Assembly (NCBI GenBank): GCA_963602035.1
Contig: CAVCHC010000001.1
Coordinates: 25,351 to 89,350 of the forward strand
Direction: 5' to 3'
Length of the DNA stretch: 64,000 nt
Source of the DNA: Acutalibacteraceae bacterium
GTDB taxonomy: Bacteria > Bacillota > Clostridia > Christensenellales > UBA1242
This document shows positions 16,412-26,256 of the stretch, in pieces. A program made the translations under genes and the position numbers. Within the stretch, counting starts at the first letter, position 1, and each line of letters starts with the position of its first letter. The notes below the pieces were generated by a model, which made no database searches, was not told the DNA's origin, and was given only the letters and a program-made list of their open reading frames with translations.

Positions 16412-16450
16412 AAATAAATTTGTTTTTTATAGACAAATTTATTTTTTTTT
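16412..16450 (+). terminator. intrinsic terminator overlapping the argS promoter
   Basis: 11-bp perfect stem aataaatttgt/acaaatttatt followed by T9. TAGACA-17-TATAAT (16430-16458) is embedded in the 3-prime arm. Confidence 0.75.
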
Positions 16451-16476
16451 GGTATAATACGCGCGAGGGTATTTTT

Positions 16477-18321
16477 ATGAACATAAAACAAGAGATTTCA
16501 CAAGTAATCGAGGGGGCGTTAAGCGCGCTTAACATTCACGCAGACGGGCCTTTGGTTAACTTTTCAAATAAGATGGACGTGGCGGACTTTCAAAGCAACA
16601 TTTGTTTTGCGCTTGCTAAAAAACTGGGCAAAAACCCGCTTGAACTGGCAACGCAGATAGTGTCTCTTTGCAAAAAAGACGGCTTTGAGTTTAGCGTATG
16701 CGCGCCAGCGTTCATCAACATTAAACTTACGGACAAAAAGCTTAGCGAGGTCGCAACCAGCCTGCTAACTGACCCGTATTTTGGCATAGAAAAAACCGCA
16801 GCACCAAAGACGATTTTCTTTGACTATGGCGGGGCGAACGTTGCCAAAGAGTTGCATATGGGGCACTTGCGCTCGCCAATTATCGGCGAAAGTTTAAGGC
16901 GAGTTTATGCGCTGTTTGGCCACAAAACGATAAGCGACACGCACCTTGGCGACTGGGGGCTTCAAATGGGGCTTACCATCGCGCAGCTTGAAGATGACGG
17001 CCTTTTAGACTTTTATTTTAAGGGTAAAGGCGAAAAGCCAACCATAACGCTTGACCTTTTAAACACTGAGTATCCTAAGGCAAGTTTGCGCAAAAAGACG
17101 GACGAAAACTTTAAGGCCAAGGCTGACCTTTATACGCTTAACCTGCAACGTAAGAAAGAGCCATTTTTCACTATCTGGAAAGAGATGCGCGCGGTAAGCA
17201 TCAAGGCGATTGAACGAAATTATAACAACTTAAATATCCATTTTGACATCTGGGACGGCGAGAGCAGCGTAAGCGATTTGATTGCGCCAACTATTGAATT
17301 GTTTAAGTCTAAGGGGCTTACGCGCGTAAGCGAGGGTGCGCTTGTTGTTGACGTGGCGACGGAGAACGAAAACATCCCTATCCCTAAAAAGAACGAAAGC
17401 GACCCGCAACTTTATCGCAACCCGATGCCGCCAGCCATTATTCAAAAATACAACGGCGGCGAACTTTATATGACCACCGACCTTGCCACGATTTGGCAGC
17501 GTAACACCAAGTTTAACCCTGACGAAATCATATACGTGACTGACAATCGCCAGACCGAGCACTTTATCAAACTTTTCAGGTGCGCCAAGATGGCGGGCAT
17601 TTCGCCCGAGGGGCAGCGCCTTACGCACGTACCGTTTGGCACGATGAACGGGAAGGACGGCAAGCCGTTTAAAACCCGCAGCGGCGAGACGATTAAACTT
17701 GAAGACATCATTGACCTCATTAAGGTAAAGGCGCAAGAAAAACTGACGGCCAACGGGCTTGAAAAGGACGACAAACTTGCCCTTGAAATCGGGGTGGCGG
17801 CGCTTAAATTCGGCGATTTGTCTAACGACGTGGCGCGCGATTACGTTTTGGATATTGACAAGTTTGCGGCGTTTGAAGGCAAAACGGGGCCGTACCTGCA
17901 ATACACCAACGCGCGAATTAACTCGCTTTTAGAAAAGGCGGGCGCGCTTTATTTGGCGGGCGATGATGCAGTCGGTGCGCTGAATACGGGCAAACAAAAA
18001 GCGCAATCAGGCACGGGCGATATGGCGAAAGGCAATGTGGCGGTTGATGTGAAGTCGGCCGAAGAGCGCGAAATTGTTATCAACGTTATCAAGTTGATTG
18101 ACAGTTTCAGTGCGGCGCTTAGCAACCTTACGCTTAACGGAATTTGCAACGCTACGTTCACGCTGGCGCAAAGTTTTTCGGCGTTTTATAACAACATCCG
18201 CATTTTAAGCGAGCCAGACGCGGCGCGAAAACAGGCCTTGCTTGCCATCTGCGCACTTACGCAAAAGGGCATAACGCTTGCGCTTGACACGCTTGCGATT
18301 GACAGCCCAAGGAAGATGTAA
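16477..18321 (+). CDS. argS: arginine--tRNA ligase
   Basis: Class I HIGH variant (HMGHLRS) and ArgRS-like sequence over the full length. The ATG at 16477 lies downstream of the promoter. The ORF-track start at 16420 lies in the terminator. Confidence 0.94.
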   Translation: MNIKQEISQVIEGALSALNIHADGPLVNFSNKMDVADFQSNICFALAKKLGKNPLELATQIVSLCKKDGFEFSVCAPAFINIKLTDKKLSEVATSLLTDPYFGIEKTAAPKTIFFDYGGANVAKELHMGHLRSPIIGESLRRVYALFGHKTISDTHLGDWGLQMGLTIAQLEDDGLLDFYFKGKGEKPTITLDLLNTEYPKASLRKKTDENFKAKADLYTLNLQRKKEPFFTIWKEMRAVSIKAIERNYNNLNIHFDIWDGESSVSDLIAPTIELFKSKGLTRVSEGALVVDVATENENIPIPKKNESDPQLYRNPMPPAIIQKYNGGELYMTTDLATIWQRNTKFNPDEIIYVTDNRQTEHFIKLFRCAKMAGISPEGQRLTHVPFGTMNGKDGKPFKTRSGETIKLEDIIDLIKVKAQEKLTANGLEKDDKLALEIGVAALKFGDLSNDVARDYVLDIDKFAAFEGKTGPYLQYTNARINSLLEKAGALYLAGDDAVGALNTGKQKAQSGTGDMAKGNVAVDVKSAEEREIVINVIKLIDSFSAALSNLTLNGICNATFTLAQSFSAFYNNIRILSEPDAARKQALLAICALTQKGITLALDTLAIDSPRKM

Positions 18322-18882
18322 ATGAAAAAGTTGTTGCTTCACAGTTGCTGCGGGCCGTGCTCGACGGCGGTTATCGAGCGGCTTTTGGCTGACACTGATT
18401 TTGACATAACTATCTATTATTACAACCCGTGCATCGCGCCCGAAGATGAGTATTTTCACCGCAAGGCCGAGCAAATCCGCGTGATAAAAAGCGTCAATTC
18501 GCCGCGCGTTAAGTTTTTAGATTGTGACTATAACCCGCGTGAGTATCTTGATGCGGTGCGGGGGTTTGAAGGGGAGCCCGAGGGTGGGGCACGCTGCACG
18601 CGATGTTTTGCGCTGCGCCTTAAAAAAACGGCCGAGATGGCCAAGGCGGGCGGGTTTGACGTATTTGGCACAACGCTTACCGTCAGCCCACACAAAAACG
18701 CCAAGTTGATAAACAGCCTCGGCGCGCAGATAGCGGAAGACGCGGGCGTTTCATTTTTAGAGGCCGACTTTAAAAAGAAAGACGGCTTTAAGCGCAGCAT
18801 CGTCTTGTCAAAACAACTTGGCCTCTATCGCCAAGACTACTGCGGCTGCATCTTCTCAAAACGCAAAGATAAAGAAATTTAG
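18322..18882 (+). CDS. queH: epoxyqueuosine reductase QueH (DUF208)
   Basis: HSCCGPCS near the N-terminus and DYCGC near the C-terminus, about 186 aa. Confidence 0.85.
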   Translation: MKKLLLHSCCGPCSTAVIERLLADTDFDITIYYYNPCIAPEDEYFHRKAEQIRVIKSVNSPRVKFLDCDYNPREYLDAVRGFEGEPEGGARCTRCFALRLKKTAEMAKAGGFDVFGTTLTVSPHKNAKLINSLGAQIAEDAGVSFLEADFKKKDGFKRSIVLSKQLGLYRQDYCGCIFSKRKDKEI

Positions 18883-18891
18883 TTTCGTAAA

Positions 18892-18922
18892 AGCACTCCT
18901 AAAATGCTAGGAGTGTTTTTTC
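18892..18922 (+). terminator. intrinsic terminator after queH
   Basis: Stem cactcct/aggagtg followed by tttttt. Confidence 0.75.
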
Positions 18923-18963
18923 TTTTAACTTTAATATTTAGCCCGGTTTGGGGTGAATTTTAC

Positions 18964-18993
18964 TTGCCAAGAGGGGGATAATTTTGGTATTAT
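18964..18993 (+). promoter_or_regulatory. sigma-A-type promoter of plsX
   Basis: TTGCCA-18-TATTAT with spacer agagggggataattttgg. Confidence 0.5.
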
Positions 18994-19054
18994 TAATGTG
19001 TATTATTGTATATTAGGGCTTTTGCGCCCAAATGAAAACAAGGAAAGCGAAACT

Positions 19055-20089
19055 ATGAAAATTATTATTGATGCATTTGGCGGAGACAATTCGCCGCAAG
19101 AAATGGTGCGCGGGGCGGTTACAAGCGTTAACCTTATTGACGATTTAAAGATTGTTTTGACGGGTGACGAGGCCGCGATCCGTGCCGAACTTAACCGCAC
19201 GGGTTATATTGGAGACGAGATTGAGGTTGTGCACGCGCCAGAGGTTATAACGTGTGACGAGTCGCCAACGATGGCCATCCGCAAAAAGACGCAAAGCTCG
19301 TTGGTTGTTGGCCTTGATTTGTTAAAAAGTGACGACACGGCGGACGCATTTATAAGCGCGGGCAGTACAGGCGCGGTGCTTGCGGGTGGACTGTTTAGAG
19401 TTGGGCGCATTAAGGGCGTTTTAAGGCCTGCATTGGGGCCGCTTCTTCCTAACGCAAAGGGCACGAAAACGATGCTTATTGACTGCGGCGCGAATATGGA
19501 CTGTAAGCCTGAATATCTGGTTCAGTTCGCGGTTATGGGCAGCGAGTATATGCGCGCTACGTTTGGAATCGAAAGGCCGCGCGTTGGGCTTATGTCGGTT
19601 GGCGTTGAAGACCACAAGGGCAACGACCTGACCCACACGGTTTTTGAAAAACTTAAAGCGCTTGATTCGATTAATTTTGTTGGAAATATGGAAGCGCGCG
19701 ATATGCTAAGTGGCGATTATGACGTTTTGGTGTGCGACGGGTTTGTTGGCAACGTTGCATTAAAAGCCACTGAGGGCGCCGTTGCATTTTTGATGAACTC
19801 GCTTAAAACCAAGATTAAAAACGCTAACATTTTTGCTAAACTTGGGGCGGGGATGCTTAAAAAGCCGCTTAAAGAGTTAAAGCGCGATATGGACTACACA
19901 AATCAGGGCGGTTCGCCATTTTTGGGCGTTGAGAAACTGATAATTAAGTCGCACGGGTCAAGCACGGCAAAAACCATCGTTTCGTGCGTGTTCCAAGCGT
20001 GTGAACTTATAAATGCTGGCACCCTTGATAAAATTCGCGAGGGGCTGGCGACGCTAGGGAAGGAGCAATCTGGTGAAACAGCAGTTTAA
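19055..20089 (+). CDS. plsX: phosphate acyltransferase PlsX
   Basis: MKIIIDAFGGDNSPQE... canonical PlsX N-terminus, about 344 aa. Confidence 0.93.
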   Translation: MKIIIDAFGGDNSPQEMVRGAVTSVNLIDDLKIVLTGDEAAIRAELNRTGYIGDEIEVVHAPEVITCDESPTMAIRKKTQSSLVVGLDLLKSDDTADAFISAGSTGAVLAGGLFRVGRIKGVLRPALGPLLPNAKGTKTMLIDCGANMDCKPEYLVQFAVMGSEYMRATFGIERPRVGLMSVGVEDHKGNDLTHTVFEKLKALDSINFVGNMEARDMLSGDYDVLVCDGFVGNVALKATEGAVAFLMNSLKTKIKNANIFAKLGAGMLKKPLKELKRDMDYTNQGGSPFLGVEKLIIKSHGSSTAKTIVSCVFQACELINAGTLDKIREGLATLGKEQSGETAV

Positions 20090-20747
20090 TTTAGTAGAGG
20101 CGCAAAAGCGACTTGGGGTTAGTTTTAAGCAGCCGAACCTAATCAAGCAGGCCTTTACGCATTCAAGTTTTGCTAACGAGCACCACACAAAAAGCAACGA
20201 GCGCCTTGAATTTCTTGGTGACAGCGTTTTGGGGTTTATCGTGACGGACAAGATTTATTCGTGCGTTAATCTGCCTGAGGGAGAGTTGTCAAAACTGAGG
20301 TCGCTGTTAGTCAGCGTTGACCCGCTAAGCGAGATTATTGACAAGCTTAACCTTGACGAACTTATGCTTAAAGGCGTGGGTGAAAGCAAGGCGCACGCGA
20401 CGTCTAAGGCGATGAAGTGTGACCTTTTTGAGGCGATAGTTGGCGCGATTTATCTTGACGCGGGTCTTGGGGCTGCGCGAGAATTCGTTTTAAGCCATCT
20501 TGGCAAAAAAATAGCCGAACTTAAAACGCGCGACAATTTTGAAGACAGCAAGACGCAACTTCAAGAGCGTTTTGTTCGCGAGAAAGTGGTGTATAACACC
20601 AAAAAAACGGGCGAAGACCACAGCCCCGTGTATGTAAGCAAAGTTTTAATTAATGGCGTTGTTTGTGGGCACGGAGAGGCGGGCAACAAGCGTACGGCCG
20701 AGATGATGGCCGCAAGTGAAGCCCTGAAAAAAGTAACAAAAGTTTAA
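20073..20747 (+). CDS. rnc: ribonuclease III
   Basis: RNase III signature ERLEFLGDSVL and a C-terminal dsRBD. GTG start overlaps plsX by 17 nt. Confidence 0.93.
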   Translation: MKQQFNLVEAQKRLGVSFKQPNLIKQAFTHSSFANEHHTKSNERLEFLGDSVLGFIVTDKIYSCVNLPEGELSKLRSLLVSVDPLSEIIDKLNLDELMLKGVGESKAHATSKAMKCDLFEAIVGAIYLDAGLGAAREFVLSHLGKKIAELKTRDNFEDSKTQLQERFVREKVVYNTKKTGEDHSPVYVSKVLINGVVCGHGEAGNKRTAEMMAASEALKKVTKV

Positions 20748-20773
20748 TTTATACCTATTAAAAGGCCTAAGAG

Positions 20774-20878
20774 TAACCGTTTTTGATGGTTAAAAGTTAT
20801 TTGCCAGAGGCGATTATTTAGCCTGATGGTAACGAAGTTTATTTGCCAAAGGCGATTGTTTAGCCTGATGGTAACAAA
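20774..20878 (+). repeat. about 2.5 x 41-bp tandem repeat downstream of rnc
   Basis: agttatttgccagaggcgattatttagcctgatggtaacga / agtttatttgccaaaggcgattgtttagcctgatggtaacaa, preceded by a partial unit. Confidence 0.8.
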
Positions 20879-20898
20879 AGCATAAAGAGGATACAAAG

Positions 20899-23800
20899 TT
20901 GAAGTTTAAGAAGATAGAAATCTGCGGTTTTAAGTCTTTTGCAGACAAGATGGAAGTTAAGTTTGAGTCGGGCGTGACGGGTATTGTTGGCCCTAACGGC
21001 TGCGGAAAAAGTAACGTAGCGGACGCGATTAGATGGGTTATGGGTGAGCAAAGCGCCAAGGCGTTGCGTGGCTCGAATATGCAAGACGTAATTTTTAACG
21101 GTACGGACACGCGTAAGCGCCAGTCTTTTTGTGAGGTTTCACTTTATTTTGACAACAGCGAGCGCATTTTTCCGCTTGAATATGACGAGGTTGTGTTTAC
21201 GCGAAAACTTTATCGCTCGGGCGAAAGCGAGTATATGATAAACAAAACGCCTTGCCGAATGAAAGACATTGTTGACGCCCTGCGAGACAGCGGCCTTGGC
21301 AAAGAAAGTTATTCGATTATCGGGCAGGGTAAGATTGACAGTCTGCTTTCAGCGAAGCCTGAGGAGCGTCGTTCGGTTTTTGAAGAGGCGGCGGGCATAA
21401 GCAGGTTTAAAAGCCGTAAGATTGAGGCCGAAAGAAAGTTAGAGCGCACGAATGACAACCTTACGCGCCTAAATGACATTATTTTAGAGTTAGAGCGCCA
21501 GCTTGGGCCTCTTGCGGAGCAAAGCGAAAAGGCCAAAAAGTTTTTGGAACTGCGCGATACTCTTAAATTGTTAGAGCTTAACATTTATGTTGCTCAGTTT
21601 GACAGCGCAAGCGGTAACAAAGAGGCCATCCACAACCGCCTTGACGCCTTAAATGAAGAGCTTGAAACCAAGCAGCGCGAGTTTAATGAGGTGCTTGATG
21701 CGTATAACCTTAGTCGTGAAAGCATCAACAACCTTGACTGGCAGATTGAAAAACTGCGCGACGAACTGCTTGACATTACGGTTGGCATTGAAAAACAGTC
21801 CGGCCAAAGCAACCTTGTTAAAGAAAAACTTAGTAACGCCAAAGACGCGGCGGAAAAACTTAAACTCTCGCTTGGGCAAGACGAGGTTTTGTCGTCAAGC
21901 CTTGCAAGCAAAATCGACCTGTCAAAAAAAGAGCAGGCCGAACTTATTAAAACCAATGCCGAACTTGAAAAGACCATTGCGCGCAATAACGAAGAGTACC
22001 TTGAAATTGTTGACCGAATTACGGCGGGCGAGAAGACGGCCGAGCTTAGTGGTGACGAAATCGTGACCGCGCTTGACAGGCTTGGCGACGTTAAATCGTC
22101 AATATCCAGCCTGACGACAGAGAAAAACAACCTTGAAGCGCGCAAGCAAGAAATCTTAGACCGAAAGGCGCAGATAAATAACGATGAGCGTGAACTTGAA
22201 AGCAAAACGCAAGACAAGCTAGCCGAACTTGACAAAACTGAGCGCAAACTTGACGACACGCGCGCGCGCCAACAGGCTAAGCAAGACGAACTTAAAAACC
22301 TAAGCCAGCTTTTGTCTGACGCATACACTCGCCAACAAGAGATGAATGCTGAGTTTCACACCAAGCTTTCGCGCGCCCGCATTATGCAAGAAATGGCCGA
22401 AGAAAACGAGGGGTACATCCTAAGCGTTAAGCGCCTTTTAGAGCAAGCCAAAACCAATTCAAGCCTTGGTGGGATGATAATTGGCGTTGTTGCCAAGCTT
22501 ATGAAGGTGCCTGAAAAACTTGAAACGGCGATTGAGATGGCCTTGGGCGCAAGCGTTCAAAACATCGTTACGCGCAACGAGGACGACGCGAAATACATCG
22601 TTAATTTCTTAAAAGAAAACAGGTTTGGGCGCGCTACATTTTTGCCACTTACCAGTATGAAAGAGCGCCGAATTTTGCCTGAAATGTTGCCTAAACTGAA
22701 AGCGCAGGGCGTTTTGGGCATTGCCAGCGACCTGATTAAATATGACAAGTCTAACGCGCCGGTATTTTCAAGCCTGCTTGGCAGCACGGTAATTGTTGAC
22801 ACGATTGAAAACGCGGTAAGCCTTGCTAAATCTACGCGCTATTCGTTTAAAATAGTGACGCTTGACGGCGACGTTATTAACCCGCAAGGTTCGATTACGG
22901 GTGGTTCTAAAAAAGACACGGCGGTTAATCTTTTGGGTCGCGAACGTGAACTTGAAGACACGAAAAAGGCCGTTGAGGTTATAAAGGTAGACATCGAAAA
23001 ACTTAACGCGCGCATTGAAACGCTTAAAAAAGAGAAAGAGGTAACAAACGCCGCATTGCTTGAAATTTCGGGCGATATTCACGAACTTGAAGTTGCCATC
23101 GTGCGCCTAAATGACGAGATTGAGGGGCTTGAAAACGACGCAGACGACCTTGAAAGCGAAGACCGCAATCTTGGTTTTCAGTTTGACAATATTCTTGACC
23201 GCATTGAGATTATTGATGCAACGCTTGCTGAAACCAAAAACAGCGAGAAAGAGATTAATGACCAAAAGTCGTCTGCCAGCGAAAGCAAGCGCATAATGAC
23301 GTCACGATTTGAGCAGCTTAAAAAGCAGCGCGAAGAGTTGTATGAAACGCTGACGACGCTTAAAGTTAAAAAGGCGTCAGCCGAGGCCGAGCTTGAAAAA
23401 CTTTCGGCCGACCTTGACCGATTTGAAACCGAACTTGCCCAAAGCGAGTACCGCACGCGTGAAAACCAGCTTGAACTTGCAAAGGCGAACGCAACGATAG
23501 CCGAGTTTGAAAATATGCTTAACGCGATTGTTGAAAGCAAAGAGGTCACCGCCGCGCAAGAAAGGCTTAACGAAATCAAGGCCGAACTTTCAAAGATGGA
23601 TATGAAAAAGGCCGATTTGCAGGCCACGATGAACAATGCTGACAGCAAGAAGATGGAACTTTCAACAGACATTCAGCGTGCCAGTGACAAAAAGACCAAA
23701 GAAGAGATGAGCCTTCAAAAGATAGACACGGATATCGAGGCGATGCAAGAGCGCGTTTGGGAAGAGTATTCGATGACGTATGCTGACGCTAAGGCTTATG

Positions 23801-24495
23801 AAAAAGAGGATTTTGACTTGACCCGCGGCCTGGCGGAAAGTGGCAAGATTAAAAAAGAAATCAGTGCGCTTGGATACGTTAACGTTGCGGCGATTGAGCA
23901 AGTGGGCGAGGTCAGCGCAAGGTATAACGAGATGGCCACTCAGCGTGACGATTTAACCAAAACGCAAGAAGACCTTTTAAAGATTATAAAAGAACTTACC
24001 ACCCAGATGGAGGCGCGCTTTAAAGACCAATTTGAAAAAATCAATCAAAACTTTCAAAAGACGTTTAAAGAGTTGTTTGGTGGCGGGCGTGCTGAACTTA
24101 TCTTGCACGACGACGTTAGCTGCTTAGAGGCCGGCATAGATATTGTTGCTGAGCCACCGGGCAAAAAGCTGCAAAGCATAACGCTGTTGTCAGGCGGAGA
24201 GAAGGCATTTACGGCGGTTGCGATACTGTTTGCGATACTTAAACTTAGGCCTATGCCATTCTGCGTGCTTGACGAAATTGAGGCCGCGCTTGACGATGCC
24301 AACGTTGAAAGGTTCGCTAAATACTTAAAGCGATTTAGCGAAGACACGCAGTTTATCGTTATCACGCACCGTAAGCCAACGATGGAACTGGCGGACTGTT
24401 TGTATGGCGTAACGATGGAAGAAAAGGGCGTTTCAAAGATGGTTTCGGTTAAGCTTAGCGACGCGGTTAAGCAGTCAAGCGAGGAGAGTGCGTAA
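20899..24495 (+). CDS. smc: chromosome partition protein Smc
   Basis: 1198 aa. Walker A GPNGCGKSN, long coiled coils with a hinge, signature LSGGEK, Walker B VLDEIEAALD. TTG start after AAGAGGA. Confidence 0.96.
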   Translation: MKFKKIEICGFKSFADKMEVKFESGVTGIVGPNGCGKSNVADAIRWVMGEQSAKALRGSNMQDVIFNGTDTRKRQSFCEVSLYFDNSERIFPLEYDEVVFTRKLYRSGESEYMINKTPCRMKDIVDALRDSGLGKESYSIIGQGKIDSLLSAKPEERRSVFEEAAGISRFKSRKIEAERKLERTNDNLTRLNDIILELERQLGPLAEQSEKAKKFLELRDTLKLLELNIYVAQFDSASGNKEAIHNRLDALNEELETKQREFNEVLDAYNLSRESINNLDWQIEKLRDELLDITVGIEKQSGQSNLVKEKLSNAKDAAEKLKLSLGQDEVLSSSLASKIDLSKKEQAELIKTNAELEKTIARNNEEYLEIVDRITAGEKTAELSGDEIVTALDRLGDVKSSISSLTTEKNNLEARKQEILDRKAQINNDERELESKTQDKLAELDKTERKLDDTRARQQAKQDELKNLSQLLSDAYTRQQEMNAEFHTKLSRARIMQEMAEENEGYILSVKRLLEQAKTNSSLGGMIIGVVAKLMKVPEKLETAIEMALGASVQNIVTRNEDDAKYIVNFLKENRFGRATFLPLTSMKERRILPEMLPKLKAQGVLGIASDLIKYDKSNAPVFSSLLGSTVIVDTIENAVSLAKSTRYSFKIVTLDGDVINPQGSITGGSKKDTAVNLLGRERELEDTKKAVEVIKVDIEKLNARIETLKKEKEVTNAALLEISGDIHELEVAIVRLNDEIEGLENDADDLESEDRNLGFQFDNILDRIEIIDATLAETKNSEKEINDQKSSASESKRIMTSRFEQLKKQREELYETLTTLKVKKASAEAELEKLSADLDRFETELAQSEYRTRENQLELAKANATIAEFENMLNAIVESKEVTAAQERLNEIKAELSKMDMKKADLQATMNNADSKKMELSTDIQRASDKKTKEEMSLQKIDTDIEAMQERVWEEYSMTYADAKAYEKEDFDLTRGLAESGKIKKEISALGYVNVAAIEQVGEVSARYNEMATQRDDLTKTQEDLLKIIKELTTQMEARFKDQFEKINQNFQKTFKELFGGGRAELILHDDVSCLEAGIDIVAEPPGKKLQSITLLSGGEKAFTAVAILFAILKLRPMPFCVLDEIEAALDDANVERFAKYLKRFSEDTQFIVITHRKPTMELADCLYGVTMEEKGVSKMVSVKLSDAVKQSSEESA

Positions 24496-25391
24496 TGGGA
24501 TTTTTTAAAAGACTTTTTGAAGGAAACAAGAAAACTAAGCGGTCTTTTGCCGAGAAATTGAAGTATATTTTTACGGGCAACGAGATTGACGAAGAGTTTT
24601 ATGAAGAGCTTGAATATTGCCTTATTTCAAGCGACATTGGGGCGGCCACGTGCGAAGAAATCTTAGACGAGCTTCGCGCGCAGATCAAACTTAAAAAACT
24701 TAAAAAAACTGAGGACTGTAAAGACCTTTTAAAGGATATTTGCGTTGAAATTTTAGAAAAGAACCCCGTTGAAGAGTTTAATAGCCCGGCCGTTTTGATG
24801 GTTGCGGGCGTCAACGGCGTTGGAAAAACCACGGCGATTGGCAAGATTGCTAATGCGTACACAAAACAAGGCAAAAAGGTCATCATCGCGGCGGCGGACA
24901 CCTTTCGCGCGGCGGCGAGCGACCAGCTTGAAGTGTGGGCGAACCGCGCTAAGGTTAAAATCGTTAAATCCAGCGAGGGGGCAGACCCCGGGGCGGTTGT
25001 GTTTGACGCGATTGCGTCGGCTAAGGCCAAGGGCTGTGACCTGTTGATTATTGACACGGCGGGCAGGCTTCACAACAAGGCCAACTTGATGGAAGAGCTG
25101 AAAAAGATTTCGCGTATTGTTGAGCGCGAGTATCCCGAGGCAGACTATCACAAGGCCATCGTTGTTGACGCAACTACTGGGCAAAACGCCTTTAACCAAG
25201 TTGAGTTTTTTGACGAGGCAATAGGCCTAACTGACCTTATCATAACCAAACTTGACGGGACGGCCAAGGGCGGCTTTTTGTTAGGCCTTGCGGGGCAATA
25301 CGAGATACCCATTCGTTTCGTTGGCGTCGGCGAGGGCATAGACGACCTTTTGCCATTTAACGCCCGCGAATTTATGGACTCGATTATTTAA
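24495..25391 (+). CDS. ftsY: signal recognition particle receptor FtsY
   Basis: NG domain motifs GVNGVGKTT, DTAGR, TKLDG. Its ATG overlaps the smc stop (TAATG). Confidence 0.94.
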   Translation: MGFFKRLFEGNKKTKRSFAEKLKYIFTGNEIDEEFYEELEYCLISSDIGAATCEEILDELRAQIKLKKLKKTEDCKDLLKDICVEILEKNPVEEFNSPAVLMVAGVNGVGKTTAIGKIANAYTKQGKKVIIAAADTFRAAASDQLEVWANRAKVKIVKSSEGADPGAVVFDAIASAKAKGCDLLIIDTAGRLHNKANLMEELKKISRIVEREYPEADYHKAIVVDATTGQNAFNQVEFFDEAIGLTDLIITKLDGTAKGGFLLGLAGQYEIPIRFVGVGEGIDDLLPFNAREFMDSII

Positions 25392-25845
25392 AGTAAAGTT
25401 TAAAGTTGAAAGTTTAAATGCGGATGCTTATTTTCAGTATTTCTATTTTTTACATCCGCATAAATATATTTACACTCACCAGCACTCCACTTCGTTGCGC
25501 CAGTGTTCGTTGTAAATATATTTACGCTTGCTGTCGTCGTTACTAAATTAGGCTGCTGCTAATTGTCATTGCGAGGAGCATTAGCGACGTGGCAATCTCA
25601 GCCGCTTTATTCTCACGCGCAAGCGTGCTCGCCAAGGATTTTGGTACAAAATACGCAGGCGAAGAGGAGCAACCGAACGCAAGATAAGCGAACACCTACG
25701 TTAGTAGGGCTGAGCGTCAAACAAGTTCGCGTTGCGACGAGGTGGTGAGGTGTAAATGTATGTACGCGGGTATATGTAATAAATGATTTGTAAATAGTCA
25801 ACTTCTTTTAACTTTTCACTTTTAACTCTTCACTTTTAACTTTTT
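25389..25845. repeat. intergenic mosaic repeat complex X
   Basis: AAAGTTK array 25389-25418 (includes the ftsY TAA), module E (minus) 25456-25528, module A 25564-25604, module C (minus) 25614-25739, half module E 25746-25780, inverted heptamer array 25801-25845. Overall it is the reverse complement of complex Y at 29609-30105. Confidence 0.85.
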
Positions 25846-25856
25846 TATGTTTCCTC

Positions 25857-25885
25857 TTGACAAGGGGGAGAAATAGTGGTATTCT
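25857..25885 (+). promoter_or_regulatory. sigma-A-type promoter of the ylxM-ffh operon
   Basis: TTGACA-17-TATTCT with spacer agggggagaaatagtgg. Confidence 0.55.
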
Positions 25886-25925
25886 TATCAATGTAAAGTT
25901 AAATTGCTTTACAACTGGGGGCAAA

Positions 25926-26246
25926 ATGGATTTGATAGACAAGCTTAAATCAATTGACCTTTTTGACCTTTATGGTTCGCTTTTAACGGACGGGCGGCGC
26001 GAGGTTATGTCGCGGTATCTTTATGACGACTGCGCGCTTAGCGAGATTGCAACTGACCTTGGGCAATCAAGGCAGGCGGTTTATGACGCGATTTCATCAA
26101 GCGAAAAACAACTTGCGCGGTTTGAAGAAAAACTTGGGTTCTTGGCGGCGCGAAAGTTGGTGCGCGCAGAGATTGACGCGTGTTTAGGTGAAGGCGACCT
26201 TGATAAGATTAAGGCAAGGCTAAACAAGATTAAAAACAATTTATAA
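25926..26246 (+). CDS. ylxM: YlxM-family putative DNA-binding protein
   Basis: About 106-aa HTH protein directly upstream of ffh, which is the conserved position. Confidence 0.8.
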   Translation: MDLIDKLKSIDLFDLYGSLLTDGRREVMSRYLYDDCALSEIATDLGQSRQAVYDAISSSEKQLARFEEKLGFLAARKLVRAEIDACLGEGDLDKIKARLNKIKNNL

Positions 26247-26256
26247 CGGAGAAATT

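Noticed and set aside
21594-22328. Long antisense ORFs inside smc (21594-22328 and others), the trmH-like gene (8382-9161), thrS, cadA, argS, infB and the PolC-like gene (41720-42622).
   Set aside because: These are shadow ORFs opposite strongly supported genes. Their composition is low-complexity (Ser/Leu/Arg-rich) and they have no start signals.
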